From Clostridia bacterium (GTDB lineage: Bacteria > Bacillota > Clostridia > UMGS1883), in the NCBI GenBank assembly GCA_051866635.1, contig JBJDXJ010000058.1, positions 25,873 through 89,872 of the forward strand: a stretch of DNA of 64,000 bases. The letters are read 5' to 3'. The notes under the pieces were generated by a model that worked only from the letters and a program-made list of their open reading frames with translations, did not search any database and was not told the origin of the DNA. This document shows, piece by piece, positions 29,522 to 39,600 of the stretch. Numbering within the stretch: the first letter of the stretch is position 1; every line of letters begins with the position of its first letter. A program made the position numbers and the translations under genes.

Positions 29522-30352
29522 TTATTTCAGTTCATTTGTTTTGCAGTGGTCCATATCGTCAAAGTCCTGGTTTTCGCCAACCATGCCCCAGATGAATGTA
29601 TAGCAATGTGTACCTACACCTGAATGAATAGACCAGGAAGGAGAAATAACAGCCTGTTCGTTACGCATAACAATATGGCGTGTTTCCCGGGGCTGACCCA
29701 TAAGGTGAAATACTGCCGCATCGCTTGGAAGGTCAAAATAGAGATAAACCTCCATCCTTCTTTCGTGGGTATGACAGGGCATTGTATTCCACATACTGCC
29801 TTCCTCAAGCTTTGTAAGACCCATGGAAAGCTGGCATGTATCAAGAACATCAGGGTGGATGTACTGATAAATAGTTCTCTTGTTGCTGTCCTCCATAGTA
29901 CCGATAGGACGCTTATTTGCCTTTTCCATATCGATAAATACTGTGGGGTATGTTTTATGAGCAGGAGCAGAATTGAAGTAAAACTTTGCAGGGCTTTCTG
30001 CATCATCGCTTTCAAACTTAACATCCTTGGTACCCATACCAACGTACAAGCCGTCTTTATTTCCTAAGTTATAAACAACACCGTCAAGAGTTACCTTACC
30101 CTTACCACCGATGTTTATAATACCCAGTTCCCTTCTCTGAAGGAAGTATTCTGCACGAAGCTCTTCCCCTGCTTCTAAAGTAAGGGCATCTTTACCGGGT
30201 GTTGCACCGCCTACGATAATGCGGTCAACGTGGGAATAAACCGTGTTAATCTTGCCTGTTTCAAAAAGGTTTTCGATGAGGTAGTGTTCTCTTAATTCTT
30301 CTGTCGTGTAGTACATTGCATCATTAGGATGCGTATCGTATCTTACGTCCAT
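29522..30352 (-). CDS. kduI: 5-dehydro-4-deoxy-D-glucuronate isomerase
   Basis: 'YSHVDRII', 'WNTMPCHTHERRMEVY' and 'SPSWSIHSG'. Confidence 0.96.
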   Translation of the reverse strand: MDVRYDTHPNDAMYYTTEELREHYLIENLFETGKINTVYSHVDRIIVGGATPGKDALTLEAGEELRAEYFLQRRELGIINIGGKGKVTLDGVVYNLGNKDGLYVGMGTKDVKFESDDAESPAKFYFNSAPAHKTYPTVFIDMEKANKRPIGTMEDSNKRTIYQYIHPDVLDTCQLSMGLTKLEEGSMWNTMPCHTHERRMEVYLYFDLPSDAAVFHLMGQPRETRHIVMRNEQAVISPSWSIHSGVGTHCYTFIWGMVGENQDFDDMDHCKTNELK

Positions 30353-30437
30353 TGGCTTTCTCCTTTAATTTTAATAAATGAAATGGGCAGACAGGCAATC
30401 GCCTGCCTGCCGCAGATAGCTTTAAATATAAAAACTT

Positions 30438-31238
30438 TTAGGGCTGTTTGCCGATATAAGCCAAGATACCGCCGTCAACATAAAGAACGTGACCATTTAC
30501 GAAGTCGGAAGCGTCACTTGCCAAAAATACTGCAGGACCAACCAAGTCTTCTGTCTTACCCCAACGAGCCGCAGGAGTCTTCGAAATAATAAACTGGTCG
30601 AAGGGATGACGGCTGCCGTCAGGCTGTTTTTCACGGAGAGGAGCAGTCTGAGGTGTTTCGATATAGCCGGGGCCGATACCGTTACACTGGATGTTATGTT
30701 CGCCGTATTCAGAGCAGATGTTTCTTGTACGCATCTTTAAGCCGCCCTTAGCAGCAGCGTAAGCAGACACTGTTTCTCTGCCAAGTTCGCTCATCATGGA
30801 GCAGATGTTAATAATCTTACCGTGACCCTTCTTAATCATGGAAGGAATACAAGCCTTTGCAACGATAAAGGGAGCGTTAAGGTCAACATCGATAACCTGT
30901 CTGAATTCAGCGGCTGTCATGTCGCACATTGGGATACGCTTAATGATACCTGCGTTGTTAACGAGAATATCAATAACGCCAACTTCTTCTTCAATCTTAG
31001 CTACCATAGCGTTAACCTGGTCTTCATTAGTTACGTCACAAACATAGCCCTTAGCTTCGATGCCTGCTTCTTTGTAAGCGGCAAGACCCTTGTCAACAAG
31101 TTCCTGTTTAATATCGTTAAATACGATTTTAGCACCTGCCTCGGCAAGACCGGAAGCAATTGCAAAACCGATACCGTAGGATGCACCTGTTACAAGAGCA
31201 ACCTTGCCCTGAAGGCTGAATTTTTCTAAAATATTCAT
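30438..31238 (-). CDS. kduD: SDR oxidoreductase, gluconate 5-dehydrogenase / KduD-like
   Basis: TGASYGIG, NNAG and YAAAK motifs; adjacent to kduI. Confidence 0.8.
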   Translation of the reverse strand: MNILEKFSLQGKVALVTGASYGIGFAIASGLAEAGAKIVFNDIKQELVDKGLAAYKEAGIEAKGYVCDVTNEDQVNAMVAKIEEEVGVIDILVNNAGIIKRIPMCDMTAAEFRQVIDVDLNAPFIVAKACIPSMIKKGHGKIINICSMMSELGRETVSAYAAAKGGLKMRTRNICSEYGEHNIQCNGIGPGYIETPQTAPLREKQPDGSRHPFDQFIISKTPAARWGKTEDLVGPAVFLASDASDFVNGHVLYVDGGILAYIGKQP

Positions 31239-31258
31239 TTTTCTTTCTCCTATTCTGA

Positions 31259-31906
31259 TTACTTCTTGGGTACGCCTTCCCAGTCCTTAAGGAAGCGTTC
31301 AATACCTGCATCTGTAAGAGGATGCTTTGTCATCTGAACAATTACGTTGTAGGGTACTGTTGCGATATGAGCACCAAGGCGAGCCGCTTCGATAACGTGA
31401 ACAGGATGACGAACAGAAGCTGCAATGATTTCAGTTTCGATACCGTGTGTATCAAAGATATCAACGATTTCTTCGATAAGGTTCATACCGTTCATCCCGA
31501 TATCGTCAAGACGGCCTAAGAAGGGAGATACATATGTTGCACCTGCACGAGCTGCCAAAAGAGCCTGTGTAGAGTTGAAAATAAGTGTAACATTTGTCTT
31601 GATGCCTTCTGCGGAAAGAATTTTAACAGCCTTTAAGCCTTCAAGAGTCATAGGAATTTTAATAACGATGTTCTTATGAATCTTAACAAGTTCCTTAGCT
31701 TCGCTTACCATACCTTCATGGTCAAGTGCGATAACTTCAGCACTGATGGGACCATCAACGATAGAAGTGATTTCTGTTACAACCTCCTTGAAATCTCTGC
31801 CTTCTTTAGCAATAAGAGAAGGGTTTGTTGTAACGCCACAAATTACGCCAAGGTCGTTAGCAGCCTTAATGTCAGCCACATTGGCTGTGTCAATAAAAAT
31901 TTTCAT
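31259..31906 (-). CDS. tal: Small transaldolase (FSA/TalC family)
   Basis: 'GVTTNPSL' and 'IKIP'. Glu in 'ISAEV' and Phe in 'SPFLGR' are the transaldolase-type residues rather than FSA-type. Confidence 0.85.
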   Translation of the reverse strand: MKIFIDTANVADIKAANDLGVICGVTTNPSLIAKEGRDFKEVVTEITSIVDGPISAEVIALDHEGMVSEAKELVKIHKNIVIKIPMTLEGLKAVKILSAEGIKTNVTLIFNSTQALLAARAGATYVSPFLGRLDDIGMNGMNLIEEIVDIFDTHGIETEIIAASVRHPVHVIEAARLGAHIATVPYNVIVQMTKHPLTDAGIERFLKDWEGVPKK

Positions 31907-32230
31907 TGTAAATCCATCCTTTCAAATTATAAATTTCTTGCTAATATTTTATCATATTTATTTTAAATAAACAAGTAGTATTTGTCCATTTTGGAAAATT
32001 ATTTAATAATAGCGTGTCTAAAAGAGACACGCGACCTCAAAGGCGGACTATGTCCTTCAGCACTTTGAGGTCTATATTTTTTTCTAAGGAACAAAGTGGC
32101 AATTTCTCGTGCAAGGGGTCTTTGACCCCCTAAAATCGCCACTTTCGGAGCCGAAAATGCGATTTCCGGCTCCTATTTTATTTTGGAAGTCTACTCTCAC
32201 CAAATCCCTTGCTACTGAATAAAAATAGGT

Positions 32231-32632
32231 TTATCGACAGTTTGAAAGTAATTCTTTCATTTTTTCGTCAGGATAAAAGGGATATGATTTTTTCATGAAA
32301 ACTATTTCATTGTCTTTTATCTCTGTTTCATTTAAGAAAAAGACTATGCTTTCCCATTCAAGACGGCCGTATTTACGTACAAAGGCAATACGGTCCTCGT
32401 AGAGAACATATTTAAGGTCAAACACAAAGCCGTTTAGAAGTTTAAGTGTAATAAAAGCAAAAATAAAAATTACACCAACACTTAAAATTCCCCTGTAGGG
32501 CAAAAGGTTTACAAAAAAGAGAGCAACGCACAACAGCACAACGGTAATAATAAAGAGAACAGTTCTTTGCACCCCATTGCTTTCATTTTTCACCTTTTGA
32601 GAATATATGGGCTTATCATTCATTTTTTTCAC
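32231..32632 (-). CDS. Hypothetical membrane protein
   Basis: Two TM helices; overlaps the coaX stop (translational coupling). Confidence 0.7.
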   Translation of the reverse strand: MKKMNDKPIYSQKVKNESNGVQRTVLFIITVVLLCVALFFVNLLPYRGILSVGVIFIFAFITLKLLNGFVFDLKYVLYEDRIAFVRKYGRLEWESIVFFLNETEIKDNEIVFMKKSYPFYPDEKMKELLSNCR

Positions 32633-33395
32633 CCTTTATCCTGTCGTAAATAATTCTAAGTCCGTCCAAAGTCAGGTTAGGCTCAATAACATCAATGGAG
32701 GAGCTTTCCTCACTTATCATACCGCTTAAACCGCCTGTTGCAATAACCTTGGCGTCTACCCCCATTTCTTCACGGATTAATTTAACAATGTAATCCACCT
32801 GTCCTACATAGCCGTGGATTACACCTGACTGCATACTTGAAACAGTTGTTTTCCCGATAACTGTCTTTGTGGGGGCAAGTTCAATTCGGGGAAGTTTACT
32901 TGTTTTTGAGAAAAGTGCCTCAACGCTTATTTTAATGCCCGGGCATATTGCACCGCCAAGATAGTCCCCGTTTGCACGGATTGCACAAAATGTTGTGGCA
33001 GTGCCGAAGTCCACAACAATAAGGTCAGTCTTATACTTTTCCAATGCGGCAACGGCGTTTACCAACCTGTCGGCACCAACCTCATTTGGATTTTCGTACT
33101 TTATGTTAAGCCCTAAGTCAAGTTTATTTGTCACAACAAGAGGCTTTTTGCCAAGGTACTTTGTAATTGCCCTTTCCAAGGAATACATAATAGGCGGTAC
33201 AACGGAGGATATTATAACGTCCTCAATATCACGGGCTTCTATGCCGTTGAACAAAAGAAGCTGAAGGAACATCATGCCGTATTCGTCACGGCTTTTTTCA
33301 TAGCTTGTTGCCACACGGAAACTTTTCACAAACTTTTCTTTGTCAAAAACACCAAGGACAATATTTGTATTACCAACGTCAATTGCAAGTAACAT
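32616..33395 (-). CDS. coaX: Type III pantothenate kinase
   Basis: 'DVGNTN', 'SSVVP', 'GADR', 'DFGTATT' and 'TGG'. Confidence 0.96.
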   Translation of the reverse strand: MLLAIDVGNTNIVLGVFDKEKFVKSFRVATSYEKSRDEYGMMFLQLLLFNGIEARDIEDVIISSVVPPIMYSLERAITKYLGKKPLVVTNKLDLGLNIKYENPNEVGADRLVNAVAALEKYKTDLIVVDFGTATTFCAIRANGDYLGGAICPGIKISVEALFSKTSKLPRIELAPTKTVIGKTTVSSMQSGVIHGYVGQVDYIVKLIREEMGVDAKVIATGGLSGMISEESSSIDVIEPNLTLDGLRIIYDRIKGEKNE

Positions 33396-33409
33396 TTATC
33401 TGCTCCTTT

Positions 33410-33883
33410 CTATAACCAATCACAGTGGACAAAACTTGCCTCACCGTTTTCAATTTCCATAATACCTACAGAATATCCCCCAACTCTCGGGCGGGAAATA
33501 CTGCCCGGATTAAAAACACGAACACTTCCGTATACTTCGTTAACGGGAATATGACTGTGTCCGAAAAGGGCAATACTACAGCAGAGTTCCTCTGCCCTTT
33601 TAGCTATGCGGAAGCCATTGTCCCACACACCGTAAGTATGACCGTGAGTGATAAAAACCTTAACACCTTCAATATCTAAAACTTTTTCACTCTCACGTCT
33701 TACCCATGGGTCGTTGTTGCCTAAAACCGCTTCAACCCTTATATGGGGATAAACGCTTTCAAGGTATTCTACATCACGCTCAATGTCGCCTAAATGAATA
33801 ATCATATCAGGTTCAAATGCCACTATGGCTTTATCAAACCTTTTTGTATCCCCGTGGGAATCGGAAATAATCAGAACACGCAT
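33410..33883 (-). CDS. YfcE/MJ0936-family metallophosphoesterase
   Basis: 'SDSHG', 'HLGD', 'GNND', 'THGH', 'FGHSH' and 'NPGS'. Confidence 0.93.
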   Translation of the reverse strand: MRVLIISDSHGDTKRFDKAIVAFEPDMIIHLGDIERDVEYLESVYPHIRVEAVLGNNDPWVRRESEKVLDIEGVKVFITHGHTYGVWDNGFRIAKRAEELCCSIALFGHSHIPVNEVYGSVRVFNPGSISRPRVGGYSVGIMEIENGEASFVHCDWL

Positions 33884-33972
33884 AACATCACCAAAGGTAT
33901 TTTACACCCAAATTTCTCCTGTGTCAACAAAGAGGCTTCCCGAATATTATAAACCTGAAAGGAGCTTGGATT

Positions 33973-34209
33973 ATGGATATTTTAAGCATGTTACAAAATA
34001 TGGATAAAGAAACATTGGAAAAAGGTTTGAAGGAGGCGACAGCTTTTTTATCAACCCCCCAAGGACAGAATGCGGCAAAAATGCTATCTGAGGGAAAAAT
34101 GCCTGACGGAGGACAATTGCCTGAGGGCTTAAAAGAAGCGGCAGAAGCCATAAAGGGGGATAAAAACGCACAGAATATGCTGGGGGAGCTGATAAAAAGG
34201 CGGAAGTAG
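33973..34209 (+). CDS. Hypothetical protein
   Basis: RBS AAGGAG; helical 78-aa ORF. Confidence 0.65.
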   Translation: MDILSMLQNMDKETLEKGLKEATAFLSTPQGQNAAKMLSEGKMPDGGQLPEGLKEAAEAIKGDKNAQNMLGELIKRRK

Positions 34210-34388
34210 GCGGTGGATTTAATTTATCAAATCTTATCCCCGATGACAACAGAACAAAACTGCTTTTAGCCTTAAAGCCATTTTTAAGCGAAAATCGGGC
34301 ACCATATATGGACAGTGCCGTAAACATTTTAAAATTAGTTTCCATAGGCAAAATAGGCAAAGATTTAAAGCTTTTTTAGGAGGTAGGT

Positions 34389-34643
34389 ATGAGAGTTATT
34401 CAGATGAGCCCTTTTTCCTCACCCTCCCAAAGCTACACTGCTCCCACATCAAATGTGGTTTTACTGCCTCAAACAAAGGAGCCCGGTCCTATTAAAAACA
34501 AAGGTTTTAAAATTGACTTTAAAAATTTCAAACAGGACGACTGGATTTTGTTAGGGATTATTATAATCCTTGTTTTAGAGGGCAGTGACGATTACGTTCT
34601 CCTTTGTGCATTAGGTTACTTATTTGTTGTAGGACTGTTATAA
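34389..34643 (+). CDS. Hypothetical small membrane protein (sporulation-locus-like)
   Basis: RBS AGGAGG; C-terminal 'DDWILLGIIIILVLEGSDDYVLLCALGYL'. Confidence 0.7.
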   Translation: MRVIQMSPFSSPSQSYTAPTSNVVLLPQTKEPGPIKNKGFKIDFKNFKQDDWILLGIIIILVLEGSDDYVLLCALGYLFVVGLL

Positions 34644-34696
34644 TTATCTTGAAATAACCGCCCGTTTAAGATATAATAAACTTATATATTGAAAGG

Positions 34697-34963
34697 GTGG
34701 TTATTTTGAAGGTAAAAGAGGGTTATATATTAAAAAAAGTAATGGGCAGTTATATGATTATTTCAACTGTGGATGAATCCTCCTCTATGCAAACACTTAA
34801 CGAAACAGGTGCGTTTTTATGGGAGCATCTCACAAATGACACAAATGCGGACATGCTCTGTGAAAAACTCACGGCAGAATATGATGTTGACATGGAAACT
34901 GCAAAAAAAGATGTGGAAGCATTTTTGTCGGCACTTGAAAAATCAAACCTACTTGAAAAATAA
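34697..34963 (+). CDS. PqqD-family (RiPP recognition element-like) protein
   Basis: 'TLNETGAFLWEHL...L..EYDVD.ETAKKDVEAFL'. Confidence 0.85.
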   Translation: MVILKVKEGYILKKVMGSYMIISTVDESSSMQTLNETGAFLWEHLTNDTNADMLCEKLTAEYDVDMETAKKDVEAFLSALEKSNLLEK

Positions 34964-34980
34964 TTGAAAGGGGTAGCGAT

Positions 34981-36615
34981 ATGCAAAAACCCTTAAAATG
35001 GATAATAAAAAACACAAAGTTTATGTTTTTCCCCTTGCTTTTTTTAATCTTTATATGCGTTGCAATCAGCATATGTTCAATCGCCTTTGCACTAAAGTCG
35101 GGAGAGATTATAAATTCCGTCACATCAGGCAGTGGTGACCTTGTATCACAGGGCGTGGCATTTGGTTTAATCATCGCACTTGAAATTCTTCTTAGGGTAA
35201 TAAACAGCCGGATTTCAGTATCCTTTGGCGGCAGGCTTGAAATGCATTTTCGGGAAAAAGTGTTTCGTACTCTTTCCGAAAAAAAGTGGATTGAATTAAA
35301 CAAGTATCACACAGGCGAATTAGTGAACAGAATACGCCAGGACTCCTCGGTTATCACAAACGGAGTGATGCACATTCTGCCAAACGGCACTATGTTTCTT
35401 ACAAGAGTTATACTGGCAATCGTTGCACTTTTCTCAATTGACAGACAGTTTACAGTTATACTTTGCTCCGTCTCACTGGTTTTGTTGGGATTTGGCAGAA
35501 TTTACAGCAAAAAGATGAAGTATTTTCACAAGGAGGTTCAGAAAAGTGAAGGTACAAACTTAAGTTTTATGCTTGAAAGTTTGCAGAACATAGTGGTTCT
35601 GAAAGCCTTCGGCGGCGAAAAAAGTGCTGTAAAGTCTTTAAAAAAACTACATAAAGAAACACTTACGTTAAGGCTTAAGCGTAATTTATGGAACATAGCC
35701 GCAAGCGTAAGCATGATTGTTCTTTTCACAGGTGGCTTTGCTTTTACAATTCTTTGGGGTGCATACCGACTTTCTCAAGGTGCCCTCCTTTTTGGTGATT
35801 TTACAGCCATGGTTCAGCTTATCAATCAGGTTCAGTCGCCCTTTAAGTCAATGGGGTCACTTTTGGTAACTTATCAGAATATGTTAGCCTCAGCCGAAAG
35901 ACTTTTAGAGCTTGAAGAACTGAGTAGCGATATTAAAGATACTAAAGCCATTCCCAAAGATTTTGATTTTTCCTCCTTGGTATTTTCATCTGTTTCCTTT
36001 TCTTACGGCGGCGACTGTGTTTTGGACAATGCTTCCATGGAAATTAAGAAAGGTGAATTTGTTGCCTTATCGGGCATATCAGGCAGTGGCAAAAGCACGA
36101 TTATCCGTTTGCTTTTAAGCCTTGTTGACCCGAATGGCGGAAAAATATATTTACAAGGTAACCATAATTATCCCATAAGTGCCTCCACACGAAGTATTTT
36201 CGGCTATGTTCCACAGGGCAATATGCTTATTTCGGGAACTATCGCTGACAATATTGCTTACTACGGTTCATTTTCGCGAGAAGATATTGAAAAAGCGGCA
36301 AAAACTGCACAGATGGACTTTGCATTTTCCCTTCCCGAGGGGCTTGACACACTTTTAGGTGAAAAGGGTTCGGGTCTTTCCGAAGGGCAAATTCAGCGTA
36401 TAGCCGTCGCCCGTGCATTGGTGAGAAATTCCCCCATTCTTCTGTTGGACGAAGCTACAAGTGCATTGGACGAAGAAACGGAAATTAAGCTTCTTGATGC
36501 ATTGAAAAATGAAAAGGACAAAACAGTTATTATAATAACTCACCGTAAAAAGGTTTTTGACTACTGTGATAAAATCATAAACCTTTCCGACGGAAAACTT
36601 ACTGAAATAATGTAA
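34981..36615 (+). CDS. ABC transporter, fused permease/ATPase
   Basis: TM domain plus Walker A GISGSGKST, LSEGQ signature and LLLDEATS. Confidence 0.92.
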   Translation: MQKPLKWIIKNTKFMFFPLLFLIFICVAISICSIAFALKSGEIINSVTSGSGDLVSQGVAFGLIIALEILLRVINSRISVSFGGRLEMHFREKVFRTLSEKKWIELNKYHTGELVNRIRQDSSVITNGVMHILPNGTMFLTRVILAIVALFSIDRQFTVILCSVSLVLLGFGRIYSKKMKYFHKEVQKSEGTNLSFMLESLQNIVVLKAFGGEKSAVKSLKKLHKETLTLRLKRNLWNIAASVSMIVLFTGGFAFTILWGAYRLSQGALLFGDFTAMVQLINQVQSPFKSMGSLLVTYQNMLASAERLLELEELSSDIKDTKAIPKDFDFSSLVFSSVSFSYGGDCVLDNASMEIKKGEFVALSGISGSGKSTIIRLLLSLVDPNGGKIYLQGNHNYPISASTRSIFGYVPQGNMLISGTIADNIAYYGSFSREDIEKAAKTAQMDFAFSLPEGLDTLLGEKGSGLSEGQIQRIAVARALVRNSPILLLDEATSALDEETEIKLLDALKNEKDKTVIIITHRKKVFDYCDKIINLSDGKLTEIM

Positions 36616-36616
36616 T

Positions 36617-36665
36617 AAAAACTCCTGAAACAGATTGACAAAAATCAGTTTCAGGAGTTTTTTTA
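36617..36665. terminator. Bidirectional terminator
   Basis: AAAAACTCCTGAAAC...GTTTCAGGAGTTTTTTT. Confidence 0.8.
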
Positions 36666-36676
36666 CTTATTATCTG

Positions 36677-39600
36677 TTATTCCACCACATCAAGTATACA
36701 GCTTCCGCCGTTTTGCTCACGCATAACTTCACGAAGCACCTTGAAACGGTTGGGGAACATAACCTTTAATTCTCTTAAAAGCTCTCTGTCCCCTGCACAA
36801 GAGGTTGCAAACTGTACAAATTCCGCAAAATCTTCGCTTGAATTACTGCTTCCGTAGCCTGATACATAATTCATATCTGCGGCAATTGCGTTTTTCCATC
36901 TGCTTGTTCCGCATACCCAGCCCCAGCTTCCGGAAATGGAATGGCCACATTCATGTGCCGCTGTTGTTGCAAAGCTATCTGCACTCTGTTCCCACGATGT
37001 TCTTACATACATATCTTTTGCACCTGCGTTAAACTGGTTCGATGTGCTGTAATAATCCCGGATATTCGTTATGTACTTACGCATCTGATAGGGTATGTAG
37101 CTAAAGCCCTTTGCAATGTTTTTAACAGCATTTGCACTTCTGCCGTAGATTGTAACTGTCTGTTCTACTGCTGTTTTTTCGGTATCTGTATAATAAGTTG
37201 CTACAACCTTATATCCTGTTAAGTTTTCGCCACTCATACCCTTATAGCTTACATTAGACTCCACATCGCCTATGGAATATGTACCGTGTGCACCTGTAGA
37301 TGATGTGGAAATACCGCGGTTAATCTGCTGTGAGGGTATATAATTAAAGAGCTGTCTTAACCTTGTTGCCTGATCCTCTTTTGTTCTTGTGAAGAATTTA
37401 GTGTCAATATATTCTAAAAGCTTGTTCCGGCGGTTACTTGACTGCCACATTGCCTGACTTGTTACACCGTAAATTCTTGCTCTTTCATTGGCAGACAAAC
37501 TCAAAAATCCGGGAGATGTAAACATTTGGGAAATCTTATCATAGTTTACAATATCAAGCTCCCACCAAGCGTCCTCGATTTCGCTATTTGAGGAACCTAT
37601 AAGCTTATTTCCGTTTCGTGCAAGGTATTTACCGCTTGAACGCTGACGGATAGCATATACATTTTTCTTGCCGCCGGCTAATTCGGGATCAATTTGAATA
37701 AATCTCCAGTTGTTTATCTTATCTGTTTTCACACTGCCTGTATCCAAGGCAATATATGTTCCCGAAACATTCTTCAAGGCGTAATAGCCTTCGGCACTTT
37801 CGCCGTGCACATAGGGTGCAGACCACAAAAGGTTTGTATCTCCTTCTTTCCATGAAGCCATAGACACAGAATTTGCAAGGGAAAGATATTCATTTCCTCC
37901 GTATGCTTTAAGTGAGAATTCGTTATTTAAAAGATGGTTGTCGGGGTACTGCCATTCATAATTAAATTCATATTTTCTTTCGATTGTATAGCCTTCCGCC
38001 AAGGGGTAAATGCTTTCTGTATTTTCCCATACAAAGCACTTTAACTTTTCTGTGTCGGTAATTTCTTTGTCAAAGCCTACCACAAAGGAATTGAGGCCGT
38101 CTTTTAATTCAACCTCATCGGTTTTAACTTGATCAAGATTACCCATATAATTTGCCACAACAATTTTTGCTCCGCCCTCATAACCGTGAGAGGAAACATT
38201 TACAACAGCCTTGTTCATACCGGAAACAAAAGATGCCGAGATTATTTCCACATCGGGGGAATCATATGCTTTTTCAGTAAGGCTTTCAATAACACTTGCA
38301 GAAAGATTAGCTCCGTAAAATTCAAAGTTGTCAACCTTGCCTACAAAGTCTGGGTTTGTTGCACTTTGTGTTTTGTACCACTGGCTTCTGCCTATGTAAT
38401 TTGACAAGCTTTGACCATTCTTCGAGGCACCGCCCATTGTATATGTAATTACATTTGACTGACTGTCAAGCTTACCATTTATGTAAATATAAGTTTCGCC
38501 GGAAGCTGACGAGTAGCTAACTGCAATATGTGTCCATTCGCCCTCGTAAATACTGCCCACGCTTGTAGTAGTCTGTGTACTGCCTCCGTTATTTACGCCA
38601 ACTGTTAAAGTACCGTTTGAATTAATTTTTGTAAAGGCATAGTAATTTCCCGAAACTGTTCCGTTTTCCATACCGAAGTCGTAAATACGCTGACCGTCAC
38701 GTGTTAAGTCGTCGCATCTTACCCATGCGGCAACAGTATAATCTGTAACACCGATATTTATATTGTCGGGCAGTTTTACAACATTGTTTTCCGAAATGTT
38801 TGCCCTGTCATAGTTAAACAGACCGCTTCCGTCATTTTCAAATGTATATCTTAAAATAAGACTTTCTTCAATTTCAGCATCGCTTACTTTTTTAACCGTT
38901 ACAGTCATTGTTCTTGTAGTGGCGTAGTATTCACCCCAAGAAACTATTGCATATACACTGCAGGAAAGGTCTTCACTGCCACGGAACACATTACCCTTTG
39001 TGTTTATAATGCTACTGTCCGATGTGAACCATTCAACGCTTAATTTGTCGCCTTGCTCTGTTACAAAGGTTGTATCAAAGGGCAAATTGTCTGTTACGGG
39101 AGTGGAAATAATTCCATCCATATTATCGGCAATTTCTATTGCCGCATTTTTAACAACATCTTCAAAATCAGGATTGTAAATAGAAAGGATAACTCTTTCG
39201 TCCAAAGCTTCGGTGTAGACTGCAAAATCATGGTAGCTTGCCTTAATATCGGGGTTATCATTTTGGGCACTTGTTCCGTACCAGTTCGTTCTGCCTATAA
39301 AGTTATTTGCCGTATTGTCTGTAAAATCGTCAAGTCCGTACTTAATATCACTCGTTTCAATAACCTTGTCGCCGTTAACGTAAACCTTTGTCAGGTTTTT
39401 ATCGCCGTCATATGTTACGGCAATATTGTATTTTACGCCCGCATTTTCAAAGGGCGTGGTATCGCCTGTATTTTTGCCCACAAGTGTTGTTGTGCCACCA
39501 CCGTACTTTAATCCGACACCGAAACCCTTAACACGTAAAAATCCGCTGTTGCCCGAGTCCGAACCAAAGTCATAAAGCCTTGTGTTATTAACTGCATTTC

